This document shows, piece after piece, positions 63,722 through 64,000 of a stretch of DNA of 64,000 nucleotides. The stretch is from contig JANYKN010000125.1 of NCBI GenBank assembly GCA_025361565.1, positions 31,171-95,170 of the forward strand, given 5' to 3'. Under the pieces are notes generated by a model. The model made no database searches, was not told where the DNA came from, and saw only the letters and a list, made by a program, of their open reading frames with translations. This DNA comes from Bacteroidota bacterium (GTDB lineage: Bacteria > Bacteroidota > Bacteroidia > Bacteroidales > NBLH01). The translations under genes and the position numbers were made by a program. The first letter of the stretch is position 1. Each line of letters begins with the position of its first letter.

Positions 63722-64000
63722 TTATTTTGTTCCTGTTGGTTCAGGAACTTTAACTTCACCTCTAATCATTAATTCAACTGGAGAATTAGTTGCATTAGAA
63801 AATACTTTTATGCTCTTGGTAAATGGGCCAATTCGTTCTGTGTCATATTTTACAACGATTTTACCTGTTTTTTTTGGTAAAATTGGTTCTTTATCCCAGC
63901 TAGGTATAGTACATCCACAAGAAGACTGAACATTTGAAATGATTAAAGGAGCTTTACCTGTATTTTTAAATACAAATTCAAATGTGCCATTCCCTTTTTG
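63722..64000 (-). CDS. DUF1573-domain protein, C-terminal 92 aa only (5' end outside window)
   Basis: Not in the ORF track because there is no start in the window. My minus-strand translation reads QKGNGTFEFVFKNTGKAPLIISNVQSSCGCTIPSWDKEPILPKKTGKIVVKYDTERIGPFTKSIKVFSNATNSPVELMIRGEVKVPEPTGTK*. The SCGCT core is characteristic of DUF1573. Confidence 0.75.
   Translation of the reverse strand, partial: QKGNGTFEFVFKNTGKAPLIISNVQSSCGCTIPSWDKEPILPKKTGKIVVKYDTERIGPFTKSIKVFSNATNSPVELMIRGEVKVPEPTGTK

Noticed and set aside
63684-63929. Plus-strand 81-aa ORF at the right edge.
   Set aside because: The opposite strand in the same interval translates to a clean DUF1573 C-terminal sequence (SCGCT motif) in frame to the window edge and followed by a terminator hairpin. 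The plus-strand ORF has no motif.

Overview
This is an AT-rich chromosomal segment of Bacteroidota type, judged from T9SS genes, TAnnTTTG-like promoter boxes and a purH-mreBCD-mrdA-rodA cluster.

- **1-24.1 kb:** ordinary envelope and housekeeping genes. On the minus strand these are rodA (partial), mrdA, mreD, mreC, mreB and purH. They are followed by a MacB/FtsX-type permease, a Nudix hydrolase and rsmA. Next comes a small cluster of two UPF0104 'flippase-like' membrane proteins, a lipoprotein and a GT2 glycosyltransferase. Then come an RsbU/RsbW/RsbV-like partner-switching trio downstream of recQ, tatC, a CarboxypepD_reg/DUF5686-like protein, lptB and a PorP/SprF-family gene.
- **24.6-52.2 kb:** a single uninterrupted minus-strand ORF of 27,582 nt (9,193 aa). 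It encodes a SprB-class T9SS cell-surface protein. From the N-terminus it has a signal peptide, about 1,400 aa of almost uncharged G/T/N-rich beta-helix-like sequence, and two Ig-like modules. These are followed by 84 tandem two-cysteine domains of about 84 aa, four PKD domains and a type-B T9SS C-terminal domain. Inside the 84-domain array is a second repeat layer: about 10.5 tandem copies of a 1,005-bp (335-aa, four-domain) super-repeat. The central copies are nearly identical and show mosaic differences.
- **52.2-64 kb:** a 938-bp AT-rich non-coding region, a rhomboid protease and an alpha/beta hydrolase. Then come an XRE-HTH/S24-like repressor divergent from pspA, and a 1,036-aa ABC ATPase-permease fusion with extra N- and C-terminal domains. 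The window ends with a CoA-pyrophosphatase-type Nudix, a LolC/E-like permease, an aminotransferase and a partial DUF1573 gene.

I saw no rRNA, tRNA, CRISPR array, transposase or integrase. The most interesting object is the giant adhesin gene and its nested repeat structure. All family names are assigned from motifs read by eye and need HMM confirmation.
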